Assembly: GCA_963836755.1 (NCBI GenBank)
Contig: CAWIKF010000002.1
Location: 1,856,001 to 1,920,000 of the forward strand
Source of the DNA: an uncultured Verrucomicrobiae bacterium
GTDB taxonomy: Bacteria > Verrucomicrobiota > Verrucomicrobiia > Chthoniobacterales > Chthoniobacteraceae
DNA length: 64,000 bases
Direction: 5' to 3'
Positions within the stretch are counted from its first letter, which is position 1. Every line of letters begins with the position of its first letter. This document shows positions 30,131 to 40,855 of this stretch, piece by piece. A program made the translations under genes and the position numbers. Under the pieces are notes generated by a model, which searched no databases, was not told the DNA's origin, and saw only the letters and a list, made by a program, of their open reading frames with translations.

Positions 30131-30859
30131 ATGGTTTTGCGAATTCATCGTCGCAGCGGTTTCACGCTGGTGGAACTGCTGACTGTCATGGCAATCATCG
30201 CCATTCTTGCCGCGCTGACTTTGCAGGTCTCCGGATACGTGCAAAGAAAAGCAGCCTCGGCGCGCGCAGAAGCTGAGATCAAGGCGATGGAAGCTGCGTG
30301 CGAAGCCTACAAATCGGACAATGGAATTTACCCTGGCGGCCCCACGTCGGTAATGACGGTCGGCACCACGAGCATTCCGGCCTTTGTCACCGGTGGCCAA
30401 ACTACTTCCGATGGTAAGCCATCGGCTACCACGTCCCTAGATCCGCGTGTGAGCGGTGATCCCAGCCAGAGCAGCACTCCCTCCTACGCACAGACGAGCC
30501 TTTATCTTTATACACAACTTAGCGGGGACCTCAATGGCGACGGAGCGATCGACAGCAAGGACGCCACCGCCAATGGAGGCACTACACCGAAAAGTTACAT
30601 GGAGTTCAAGCCGAACCAACTCACGCGCGCCACATCCACGAGCGCCATTAGCGCGAGCAATCCTGTCCTTTCCATCCAGGACCCTTGGGGATCAAGCTAT
30701 GGCTATTCGACGGTTGGCGCCACGCAGATCGCGCAGGGAATTACCCAGACGATGGGCTACAATCCGACGTTCGATCTCTGGAGCACCTCCGGCAAAACGA
30801 CCACGCCCGTCCCCGGATCGACGACGGACATTACGCTCCAGTGGATTAAAAACTGGTAA
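30131..30859 (+). CDS. Prepilin-type (pilin/pseudopilin) protein
   Basis: G|FTLVELLTVMAIIAILA class III signal; DPWG and FDLWS GspG-like motifs. Confidence 0.9.
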   Translation: MVLRIHRRSGFTLVELLTVMAIIAILAALTLQVSGYVQRKAASARAEAEIKAMEAACEAYKSDNGIYPGGPTSVMTVGTTSIPAFVTGGQTTSDGKPSATTSLDPRVSGDPSQSSTPSYAQTSLYLYTQLSGDLNGDGAIDSKDATANGGTTPKSYMEFKPNQLTRATSTSAISASNPVLSIQDPWGSSYGYSTVGATQIAQGITQTMGYNPTFDLWSTSGKTTTPVPGSTTDITLQWIKNW

Positions 30860-30877
30860 CTTTTTCCTGAGAAAAAG

Positions 30878-32494
<1,617 letters not shown>

Positions 32495-32638
32495 CTAAAA
32501 AATCGCGGACATTCTGCGCCGCGAAAAAAAACTCGCAAGCCGCATCTGCCGGAAACTTTGACGCCCGTCAGCTCAAGCTGTCAAAGCGCCGCCAATCACC
32601 GCCAGAAACCTCGCATGGCTGGCGAAATTGTGAATCGG

Positions 32639-32962
32639 TTAATGGGTAAAAACCTCGAACAGGAAGTATACGAGGACCCCGAGAATCGCCACGAGGATGG
32701 GAGCGATTAAAATGAAGTCCCACTTCGTGAGACGCTTCACGGGAGTAAACACAAAGCCGCAACTCTCGCACTCGATCCTGCCGTGACGGCTGGAATCGTA
32801 AAGAAGGTATGGAACCAAACCGCCAAACATGAGCATCAGACAACCCGTGCTGTCCTCCTCGATCTCCACAGCATGAAAACCGGAAGTAGAACCGCACTTC
32901 GGACAGGTGGGTGGATAGTAAGTCTCCGATGCGACCGGCCGGCCCGTTCGGGATGAGTTCAT
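32639..32962 (-). CDS. Small membrane Zn-ribbon protein (CPKC...CESC)
   Basis: Two CxxC pairs around a hydrophobic stretch, plus a C-terminal TM helix; start uncertain. Confidence 0.6.
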   Translation of the reverse strand: MNSSRTGRPVASETYYPPTCPKCGSTSGFHAVEIEEDSTGCLMLMFGGLVPYLLYDSSRHGRIECESCGFVFTPVKRLTKWDFILIAPILVAILGVLVYFLFEVFTH

Positions 32963-32963
32963 C

Positions 32964-33347
32964 TCACTGCTTCGCGTAGGGAACAATGACGCAAGTTGCA
33001 TGAACCCCCTGCTGCATCGATTTGCCGCCAAGATACCAGTAGCCGTCGTCACCTATGTAAACACTCACAACCTCGCCGCCGCCTTGGAAGTGACCGGTGA
33101 CGGTAGTGAGGGCACAAAAACCATCCGTCGCGCGAATGAGCCGTTGCGGCGGCTCGCCCTGTTTCCAGGTCGCGAAGCTGACATTGCCTGAAAGCATCCT
33201 GCCTCGGGCCGGTGCGGTCGCAGCTGGCTGGCGTGCGGGAATCGTGGTGCCAGTCGCCGCCCGTGTTGTTGCATGCCGTGAGTCGTGGAGGGACGAACAG
33301 CCTCCCAGAAGAAAAGCGGCCGCTGAGATTAGGTGGATGGATTTCAT
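32964..33347 (-). CDS. Putative lipoprotein
   Basis: Lipobox LLGGC, Ala/Thr linker, small beta-rich C-terminal domain. Confidence 0.7.
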   Translation of the reverse strand: MKSIHLISAAAFLLGGCSSLHDSRHATTRAATGTTIPARQPAATAPARGRMLSGNVSFATWKQGEPPQRLIRATDGFCALTTVTGHFQGGGEVVSVYIGDDGYWYLGGKSMQQGVHATCVIVPYAKQ

Positions 33348-33410
33348 AGCGTTGGCTGAGTCGGCTTCTTGTCACGCCACATCGCAGCGGTCAAGGCTAC
33401 GAGCGTTGAT

Positions 33411-33926
33411 TCACCGTTGTTTCTGCGAAACCATTTGCGGTGTGATGGGGCCGGCAATGATCGTATCGTTCAAATCGCCCCAGAGAAACTCGGAGCCGCT
33501 TTTCACGGGCAGATTGGTCGGCTTCTTTTTCTTTTCTTCTTTTGCGTATTTCTGCCAGCTCATGAATTGCACGGGGGTAAAGTCAGTAACTCCAGGATCG
33601 GGAACGATCTTCAGATCCGTATGCCTGAAGCTGACAACCTTTTGGCCATCGCTGGAAGCGAAGAGAAAATTGAAGTGCCGTCCGTCAGTCTTGTTGCGCA
33701 GCTCCACCACCACGCGATCCCCGACCTTCAATTCGACTTCGGGCGAGCGGCTCTCGCCAAGACCCGCCTTATAAACCTTCTGTCCGTTCACATAAATCGT
33801 GCAGCCATCGTCCACTGAGACGTAAAAGGTGCCTTTGATGGGTGGTTCTTCGGGTCCGCCTGGAAGCTGCGCCCGGCAATGCAGCGTAAGCATGCATAGG
33901 AATAGTGTTAGTTTGATTGGATTCAT
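33411..33926 (-). CDS. Secreted hypothetical protein, beta-sandwich/lectin-like
   Basis: Signal peptide; VSVDDGCTIYVNG motif. Confidence 0.65.
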   Translation of the reverse strand: MNPIKLTLFLCMLTLHCRAQLPGGPEEPPIKGTFYVSVDDGCTIYVNGQKVYKAGLGESRSPEVELKVGDRVVVELRNKTDGRHFNFLFASSDGQKVVSFRHTDLKIVPDPGVTDFTPVQFMSWQKYAKEEKKKKPTNLPVKSGSEFLWGDLNDTIIAGPITPQMVSQKQR

Positions 33927-34226
33927 CTGCTTGTTTTGTCTGGTTTACTAGGTGCTGGAATTGCCAAGGGGAAAAAGATTAAGCTGCAAGCAGCCAGCGG
34001 GACGCGCGGAGCCTTGATAGCTGCAGTGCAGGGTTGCTCTGGTTGCAAGCCGGAGCGGCTGTTTTCGAGGAAAAATCGCGATCGAGACGCCGCGAGACGG
34101 GACTGCCCAGCCTGCGCCCACTCCGCGCGAGACTTTTGCCGCTCACCAACATGGGGGACCACCCAATCGCCGTAACCACTGCGCTCTTCTAAAAGAGGCG
34201 CGCAGCGGGCGTCAAACTTTATGTCA

Positions 34227-34245
34227 ACAAATTGAAACAATTTGT
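34227..34245. promoter_or_regulatory. Operator-like inverted repeat
   Basis: ACAAATTG-AAA-CAATTTGT adjacent to TTGACA on - strand (34222-34227). Confidence 0.5.
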
Positions 34246-34396
34246 GAGACAACGCTAGGTTGGGGAAAATTTCCGCGCGTTGCGGAGGACAATTGGAGAT
34301 TCTTCGCGTTCACGCAACGTTCACGCGAAAAAGTGCACGAGTGGTGCAATCCGGCGCATTTATCAGCTGACGAGAAACGCCGCCTTAAGAAACAAC

Positions 34397-34438
34397 AAAG
34401 CCCGCGAAACCGTCATTCATGCGGCTTCGCGGGCTTTT
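34397..34438 (-). terminator. Terminator-like hairpin downstream of tRNA-fMet
   Basis: aaagcccgcgaa...ttcgcgggcttt inverted repeat with A/T tracts on both sides. Confidence 0.7.
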
Positions 34439-34443
34439 AAGAG

Positions 34444-34520
<77 letters not shown>

Positions 34521-34533
34521 ATTGAAGGACGTG

Positions 34534-34561
34534 AAGATACTCAGGCGCAGCCGAGTGGCAA
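34534..34561 (-). promoter_or_regulatory. Putative sigma70 promoter of tRNA-fMet
   Basis: TTGCCA-N16-TATCTT on - strand. Confidence 0.5.
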
Positions 34562-34598
34562 GCGAAATTTTTACTTCGAGGACAAAGCTTTGCGCGCT

Positions 34599-35090
34599 TC
34601 ACAAGCGCTCCATCTCGCGGAGGAGACATTCCTGCAGAAAGCCGTAAAAATGGATCTGGAAAAGATGAAAGTCCCGCTCCGTGGCGAATGACGGAGGTTC
34701 GTCGCGCGTCAAATCTTCGTCGGTGAAAGCGTGTCTTGCAGCGAGAACGAGACGCGCCTGGTTGAGGCTGCTGAGCCAGTTTTCAAAGTGCGCGCGCGGG
34801 ATGAGGAGGCTGGGCGCCTTCGCCTTGACCGGAGACACTTCGTCAAAGCGGCCAAGGTCGCGCACGACAGTTTGATTCGCTGTTTCGAAAATCGTCCGCA
34901 GCTCCGGCTCCACGTATTCGCGCCATTCCTCGATCGCATGCAAGTCGTCGCCAGGCTTGCTGTAGAGCCGATCACGAGCCGCAGGGCTTTCGCCGGGATT
35001 TGCTTGCACGGGAATTTCGCGAAGCAAATCAACGAGAAAGCTGTCGAGTTTTGCGAGCAGCAATCCCTCTTCCGTGCGCTCAATTTTCAC
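34599..35090 (-). CDS. DUF2017-like protein (clpS-associated)
   Basis: RDRLY, EWREYVEPEL, WLSSLNQARLVL, FYGFLQE; GTG start just after clpS. Confidence 0.7.
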   Translation of the reverse strand: MKIERTEEGLLLAKLDSFLVDLLREIPVQANPGESPAARDRLYSKPGDDLHAIEEWREYVEPELRTIFETANQTVVRDLGRFDEVSPVKAKAPSLLIPRAHFENWLSSLNQARLVLAARHAFTDEDLTRDEPPSFATERDFHLFQIHFYGFLQECLLREMERL

Positions 35091-35095
35091 GGCGG

Positions 35096-35383
35096 CTATG
35101 GACCTTTTTCCAGCGTTGCAAGCAGGAGATAGCCGTGCAATTGCTGGACGTAGAGTTCGGCGCGTTCGCGCACTCCGCTCCAGACGATGGAGCGCCCGCG
35201 CTGATGCACCTCGAGCATGTGGCGCGTGGCGCGCTCGCGCGAATAGCCGAAGATCCGCTGAAACACCATCGTCACGTAGCTCATTAAATTCACCGGATCG
35301 TTGTGCACGACGATATTCCACGGAAGATCGACCGTCTCCTCGGTCTTCTCCGTTTTTTCAATGACTGGAACATCCTGAGCCAT
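35096..35383 (-). CDS. clpS: ATP-dependent Clp protease adaptor ClpS
   Basis: PWNIVVHNDPVNLMSYV...MLEVHQRG. Confidence 0.93.
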   Translation of the reverse strand: MAQDVPVIEKTEKTEETVDLPWNIVVHNDPVNLMSYVTMVFQRIFGYSRERATRHMLEVHQRGRSIVWSGVRERAELYVQQLHGYLLLATLEKGP

Positions 35384-35416
35384 GCGGTTGAAAAATGATG
35401 CGGGCGAAAGCGAAAC

Positions 35417-35851
35417 TCAAGCGGCAGAAACGGGCAAAATCATTTGTAAAACTCTGGTTTGCGCGCGGCGCATGCGCTCGGCGTCGCGGGGTTGCTGGTC
35501 GTCGTGACCGCTGAGGTGCAAAAGCCCGTGGATGATATAAAGACAAAGTTCGCGCTCGACGCTCTGTCGGAATCGCGCCGCGTTTTCGCGAGCAGTGTCG
35601 GCGCCGATCAAAATCTCACCGTGCTCAAAAGTCATGACGTCAGTGGCGCTCGGAATTTTCAGAAACTGCCCGTGAACTTTCGCCATCGCTTCATCCGAAA
35701 TGATCGAGACTTCAATGGCGTGAAGAGCAGTCAAGGGAACATCCGATGCGCTGTTCGCAGCGACTTCCGCGAGCGCCGCGCGCGCTAGTCTTCGGAGCAA
35801 TCGACGGTCAAACTTAACGCGAGCCTGCTGATCGGACACCGTGATCGTCAC
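35417..35851 (-). CDS. ybeY: rRNA maturation endoribonuclease YbeY
   Basis: TDVMTF, GEILI, IHGLLHLSGHDD. Confidence 0.9.
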   Translation of the reverse strand: MTITVSDQQARVKFDRRLLRRLARAALAEVAANSASDVPLTALHAIEVSIISDEAMAKVHGQFLKIPSATDVMTFEHGEILIGADTARENAARFRQSVERELCLYIIHGLLHLSGHDDQQPRDAERMRRAQTRVLQMILPVSAA

Positions 35852-37449
35852 GCTGCGGAAACGGGCGGCGCGGTCTGCGGAGCGCGCGAAGCTTCCGGCG
35901 TGCGCTGGGAAACATTTTCCGCAGGATAGGCGATGCGGCTGTGAAGCATGCTCTGGAGCGTGAAGCGGAAACTTTCGCCGATCATGCGCAGTTCCTTCAG
36001 CGTCAAATTGCATTCATCGAGCTGGCCGTCGAGGATTCGCTTTTCGATGATGTCCCCGATCAATTGCTCGAGACGCGTCGGCGTCACTTTTTCCATGCTG
36101 CGCGACGCGCTTTCGACAGCGTCGGCCAGCGAGATGACACCCGACTCGCGCGTCTGCGGCTTCGGCCCGCTGTAGCGGAAACTTTCCTCGCTCACCTCGG
36201 GAATGTCTTCCTCGCGGATGTTCATGATTTTCCCGCCCTGCCGCGCGTCCTCCTGCTGCTGCAACGCTCGTTTATAAAAGTATGCAACAACCGATGTGCC
36301 GTGATGCTCCTGGATCATGTCGACGATCTGCTGGCTGAGCTTGTGCTTGAGCGCGAGATCGATGCCTTCTTTCACATGGGCGATGATGATCAACGCGCTC
36401 ATCGTCGGCGCGAGCTCGTCGTGCGGATTGTGATCCGGGCTCATGTTTTCGGTAAAATATTCCGGCTTCACGAGCTTGCCGATGTCGTGAAAATATGCGC
36501 ACACGCGGCACATCGTGGCATTCGCGCCGATCGCTTCCGCGGCGGCTTCGGCGAGATTCGCGACCACCAGCGAATGATGATAAGTGCCCGGCGCCTCGAT
36601 GGTGAGGCGCTTGAGCAAAGGATGATTCAAGTCCGCGGCCTCAAGCCACGAAATGTCGGTCGTGATGCCGAAAAGTGTTTCCAAAATCGGCAGCGCGCCG
36701 CCGACGATCATCGCGGTGACGATGCCGCTGCCGATCGCCGCGAGGCTTTGGCCGCCGATCGTTTTCCAATCGATGCCGAGCCCGAGTTCCCACGGGACGA
36801 TGATGAGCCCGAACGTGATCGCGAGCACCCACGTCGCGAGCCCGACGAAGACTCCGGCGCGAATCAACCGGCTGCGCTTGCGCACTTGCAGCGTCACGAA
36901 AACCGCGATGAAACCGCAGATCAAACTCATCACGAGAAACACGGCGTCGATGCCGCGAAACACGACGACCGAGCCCCACAAACTGACGAAGACCGCGGCA
37001 TAAAGCGCCTGATTTTTTCCGAGCAAAACCGACAGCACGAGCGGCGCGAATGCGTATGGAATGAGCAACGGCCCGTATTGCGGGTCGATCGCGCCGGTGC
37101 GCGCGAGCACGAGCACGACCTTCGTGATGGTGAGATGCGTGAGCATGGTGCCGAACATCAGGACGATGCGCGAATTGCTCGCAAAGCTGATCGGATGGTT
37201 GATCCAGAGCTGCGCGAGCGCTGTCATGAAAATCAGCAGCGCGATCAGAAATTTCTCCGCCGGCTGCGGCTGCGTGCCGTAAAAAATCAAAATTCCGAGC
37301 CCGAGAATGAAGAGGAAAAAAATGAGAACTTTGACGAGCATGCCCGTCTCGAGCGCATGAAAAAATTCGCTGCGCGAACGGCGGCGGCGCGTTTTCGTGG
37401 ACGAGAGTCCTTTTTTGATGAGCCGGCGCTTCTCGAAAAAACCAAACAT
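35848..37449 (-). CDS. 7TM-HD(IG) phosphodiesterase (PgpH-like)
   Basis: TM bundle, EAPGTYHHS, YFHDIGK, EHHGT, FRYSGPKP, LADAVESASR. Confidence 0.9.
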   Translation of the reverse strand: MFGFFEKRRLIKKGLSSTKTRRRRSRSEFFHALETGMLVKVLIFFLFILGLGILIFYGTQPQPAEKFLIALLIFMTALAQLWINHPISFASNSRIVLMFGTMLTHLTITKVVLVLARTGAIDPQYGPLLIPYAFAPLVLSVLLGKNQALYAAVFVSLWGSVVVFRGIDAVFLVMSLICGFIAVFVTLQVRKRSRLIRAGVFVGLATWVLAITFGLIIVPWELGLGIDWKTIGGQSLAAIGSGIVTAMIVGGALPILETLFGITTDISWLEAADLNHPLLKRLTIEAPGTYHHSLVVANLAEAAAEAIGANATMCRVCAYFHDIGKLVKPEYFTENMSPDHNPHDELAPTMSALIIIAHVKEGIDLALKHKLSQQIVDMIQEHHGTSVVAYFYKRALQQQEDARQGGKIMNIREEDIPEVSEESFRYSGPKPQTRESGVISLADAVESASRSMEKVTPTRLEQLIGDIIEKRILDGQLDECNLTLKELRMIGESFRFTLQSMLHSRIAYPAENVSQRTPEASRAPQTAPPVSAA

Positions 37450-37453
37450 AAAG

Positions 37454-38437
37454 TTAAACACGCGGCGCGGTCGCTTTTTCACCGCGATAACGTTTGTAAG
37501 CATGCACGATCCGCTGCACCAATTCATGCCGGATCACGTCGCGCTCCTCAAAAAAGATGAAGTCAACGCCGTCCACTTTTTTCAAAGCCTGCATCGCTTC
37601 GATGAGGCCGGAGCGTTTGTTGCTCGGCAAATCGATCTGTGTGTGATCGCCCGTGATCACGCATTTGGAATCGCCGCCGAGCCGCGTGAGAAACATGAAC
37701 ATCTGCTCGGTCGTCGTGTTCTGCGCCTCGTCGAGCACGATGAATGCGCGGTGCAGCGTGCGGCCGCGCATGTAGGCAAGCGGCGCGATTTCGATGATGC
37801 CGCGCTCGACATATTTCTGGACCTCGTCGGCCTCGAGCATGTCGTGCAGCGCATCGTAAAGCGGGCGCAGATACGGGAAAATTTTCTCGTTCAAGTCGCC
37901 GGGCAAAAAGCCGAGCGCCTCGCCCGCCTCGACTGCGGGGCGCGTCAAAATAATGCGCGAAATTTGTTCGCGCTTGAGCGCCGCGACGGCCATCGCCATC
38001 GCGAGATAAGTCTTGCCGGTGCCGGCTGGGCCGACGCCAAAAACCATGTCATGCGTCTGGATGGAACGGATGTAAGCGCGCTGACCATTTGTCTTTGCGA
38101 CGATCGGCGCGCGGCGGGGCGAGACGACGATTTTTGTCTCGATTAATTCGTCCAGACCGCCGCCGTCGCCATCTGCGTCGACGACGGCGCGCAGTGCGTA
38201 ATTGAACTCATCGCGCCGCACTTCGACTCCCTTTTTCCGCGCGGTTTCCAGTTGTTCAAAAACACGTTTCGCGCGACCGATCTGCGCCGGTTCGCCCTCG
38301 AGCCGCAGCCAGCCGTCGCGCGTCGTGACCTTCACTTTCAGTGAATCCTCGAGACTTTTGAGAAGCTTGAGGTCGTTCGCGTAAAGCGCCTGAAGGGCGC
38401 GCGCATTTTCAAACTCGAGCGTTTGCGATTCGGCCAT
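37454..38437 (-). CDS. phoH: PhoH-family ATPase
   Basis: GPAGTGKT, RPAVEAGE, LGFLPG, PLAYMRGRT, DEAQN. Confidence 0.95.
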   Translation of the reverse strand: MAESQTLEFENARALQALYANDLKLLKSLEDSLKVKVTTRDGWLRLEGEPAQIGRAKRVFEQLETARKKGVEVRRDEFNYALRAVVDADGDGGGLDELIETKIVVSPRRAPIVAKTNGQRAYIRSIQTHDMVFGVGPAGTGKTYLAMAMAVAALKREQISRIILTRPAVEAGEALGFLPGDLNEKIFPYLRPLYDALHDMLEADEVQKYVERGIIEIAPLAYMRGRTLHRAFIVLDEAQNTTTEQMFMFLTRLGGDSKCVITGDHTQIDLPSNKRSGLIEAMQALKKVDGVDFIFFEERDVIRHELVQRIVHAYKRYRGEKATAPRV

Positions 38438-38468
38438 TGGGACAGCCGCGGCTATGCGCTGGCGGCGA

Positions 38469-38903
38469 TCATCGAAAGCCGTAAGCCAGCGCCCAGTGCG
38501 TCCGCTCCTGATCGGATTTTTCAATCTCGACGATCAGATAATAGGAGCCGCTGGTTTTCGGAATCACACGCGCCGCGGCCATGTGCTGTTTTTGCCAATG
38601 CTCGACCTCCGCAAGATTGCCGTCGGCGTCGTAAATATGGACGGAAATTTTGGCGTTATCCACATCGGTGCCCATCCAGAACCAATATTCGTTGCCCTTA
38701 AACAACTGATGAATAATCGCTTTCTGCTGTTTGACAGGCAAATCGCCGCCCCAATAATCCTCGCGGACCGTGAAGCCCTCCTTCACATAAGGATCCGCAG
38801 CCTGCAGCGCGAAGGAAAGCGCGTCGTCAATCGTCGCGCCGCCCCGGGTTTGCAAAAGCGCGAAGCAAAGCAGGCCGACGGCAATTTTTGGAAAAAGTTT
38901 CAC
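38469..38903 (-). CDS. Secreted hypothetical protein (PPC-like beta domain)
   Basis: Signal peptide; GNEYWF, IYDADG, SGSYYL. Confidence 0.65.
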   Translation of the reverse strand: MKLFPKIAVGLLCFALLQTRGGATIDDALSFALQAADPYVKEGFTVREDYWGGDLPVKQQKAIIHQLFKGNEYWFWMGTDVDNAKISVHIYDADGNLAEVEHWQKQHMAAARVIPKTSGSYYLIVEIEKSDQERTHWALAYGFR

Positions 38904-38905
38904 GG

Positions 38906-39700
38906 CTATTCGTTTGAGTTGATTGTCTTCACCAGGTCGCCGGTGATCGCGTTGATTTGGTCCACCGATTTTGCGGAAATCACGGAGTTATCCTTGCCGA
39001 TGAGCGGGCGGAGTTCCGGCAGGCGCTGTTCAACGTGCGCGACAGTCGGGTCGCTCTGCAGCCGCGGGCTCATGCTCTTGAGACGGCGGTCGAAGAAATC
39101 GAGCAAGCTCGGCTGGTGTAAAAGTTCCGCGCCATCCTTCGAGTAATTCTTTTTGACGACCTGCGTGAGCGCTTCGGTGCCGCGCAGCCAGCCGCCAAGG
39201 CTGACGAGCTGAGCAAGTTCTTCATCGTGCAGCTCGCTCATTGCTTGTTTTACGTCCGCTAGCGCTCCGTCAAGCTCGCGACGCACGCGCGGCCAATCTT
39301 TTTTGTCGGCAAAATCGATGATCGCTTTGCTGCGCGCGACGACTGCTTTTTCCACGCCGATCGCCTTTGAAAGATTCAGAACGCTCCGCCCGATCTTTTT
39401 CACTTCTTCGCCTTCCTGCGCCTCGACCGCGATGAAACCTTCGGCGATCACGCTGCCGAGCAGGAGCGCAGTCTGCGGGCGAGCGCCCGGCGGCTCAGCT
39501 TTTACGGGCCGCAGAACATCGTGCCAGTTCGGCGAGCCAAGTTTGTCGAGCACGCCGAAGACTTCGCTCGGCACCGGCACGATCACGTCCTCGACCAGCG
39601 TCGCTTGCTGCGGCAGCTTGCCCACGTCGATGTGCTGGGGCGGCTCGGCGGCCAGCAGGCTGCCGGCGGTCGCGATCAAAAGGAATGCTGAATATTTCAT
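38906..39700 (-). CDS. Secreted helical hypothetical protein
   Basis: Signal peptide; PVPSEVF, LGGWL motifs; abuts the next gene. Confidence 0.7.
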   Translation of the reverse strand: MKYSAFLLIATAGSLLAAEPPQHIDVGKLPQQATLVEDVIVPVPSEVFGVLDKLGSPNWHDVLRPVKAEPPGARPQTALLLGSVIAEGFIAVEAQEGEEVKKIGRSVLNLSKAIGVEKAVVARSKAIIDFADKKDWPRVRRELDGALADVKQAMSELHDEELAQLVSLGGWLRGTEALTQVVKKNYSKDGAELLHQPSLLDFFDRRLKSMSPRLQSDPTVAHVEQRLPELRPLIGKDNSVISAKSVDQINAITGDLVKTINSNE

Positions 39701-39916
39701 AAAAAGCCGGACGCGCCGAAGCGTGCCGTAATTGGGGAAGGTAAAATCGATCCTCACAAAGTAAACCTGAGCCCGCACTCAAGCAAAGGGCGTTTTCCGA
39801 TGGCAAGCATCTTTTTGCGCGCAGATGGCCGGGAAATGGGTTGACACCATTCTTGCTTTGATTCGCAATCCGCGCACGCGGCGGCGGTTTCCGCGACGCC
39901 CGCGTCGTCCGTTTGC

Positions 39917-40855
39917 ATGAAATTCGCGCCGCTCGATTTTTCGAAAATCAAAACCTATCCGCTCGCCGATCGCGTCAACAAGGTCGACGCCGAGCACTTC
40001 GCGCAAGTGCACGAAAAGGGAGAAAGTTTCGCGCGATTTCTGGAAAAGTTGCCGCGCTTTTTGGCTGCGAATGATTTTCGGAAAATCGCGCGGGCGATCG
40101 CTGAAGCTGTCCGCAATCAGCGTCCGGTGCTGTTCATGATGGGCGCACATCCGATCAAGTGTGGGCTCAATCCGCTGATAGTGGACATGATCGAGCGGGA
40201 GATTATTTCCGCCGTTGCGTTCAACGGCGCGGGCGCGGTTCATGATTTTGAAACTGCCTACCAAGGTGAGACGAGCGAGGATGTGCAGCGTGGGCTCGAT
40301 GACGGAAGTTTCGGCATGGTGGATGAAACGCCGCGGCTGATGAATGCTGCGCTCGGGGCCGGAGTCGCGCGCGGCGAAGGCGCTGGCGAGGCGCTCGGTC
40401 GCGCGACCGCTGAGGGAAATTTTCCGAGCCGCGAACTCAGTATTTTGCACGCGGGCTTCACGCGCGGCGCGCCGGTCACGGTTCACATCGCGATCGGCAC
40501 CGACATCATTCATCAGCATCCGAGCACTGATGGCGCCGTGCTCGGCGAGGCGAGCTATCGCGATTTCCAGCGCTTCGCCGCCGTGGTCGCGCAGCTCGAG
40601 GGCGGCGTGGTGCTAAACGTCGGGAGCGCCGTCATCATGCCGGAAGTTTTTTTGAAAGCGCTCACGGTCGCGCGCAATCTCGGCCATCGCATCGAAAATT
40701 TCACGACGGCGAACTTTGACATGATCCGCCATTACCGGCCGTCGGAAAATGTGGTGCGACGTCCGACGCATCTGGGCGGCGAGGGCTTCAACATCGTCGG
40801 CCATCACGAGCTGATGCTGCCGCTGCTTTTCGCGGCGGTGACGGAAGCATTATGA
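39917..40855 (+). CDS. Deoxyhypusine-synthase-like fold protein
   Basis: MMGAHPIKCGL, NGAGAVHDFE, TVHIAIGTDIIH, NVGSAVIMPEVFLKA, GHHELM. Confidence 0.7.
   Translation: MKFAPLDFSKIKTYPLADRVNKVDAEHFAQVHEKGESFARFLEKLPRFLAANDFRKIARAIAEAVRNQRPVLFMMGAHPIKCGLNPLIVDMIEREIISAVAFNGAGAVHDFETAYQGETSEDVQRGLDDGSFGMVDETPRLMNAALGAGVARGEGAGEALGRATAEGNFPSRELSILHAGFTRGAPVTVHIAIGTDIIHQHPSTDGAVLGEASYRDFQRFAAVVAQLEGGVVLNVGSAVIMPEVFLKALTVARNLGHRIENFTTANFDMIRHYRPSENVVRRPTHLGGEGFNIVGHHELMLPLLFAAVTEAL

Noticed and set aside
32600..33930. Integron cassette array
   Set aside because: No attC-like RYYYAAC...GTTRRRY hairpins between genes and no integrase
35941..37560. 539-aa antisense ORF (likewise 5030-6325, 7996-9150, 53299-54432, 58067-59374)
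   Set aside because: Opposite well-supported genes; no recognisable domains
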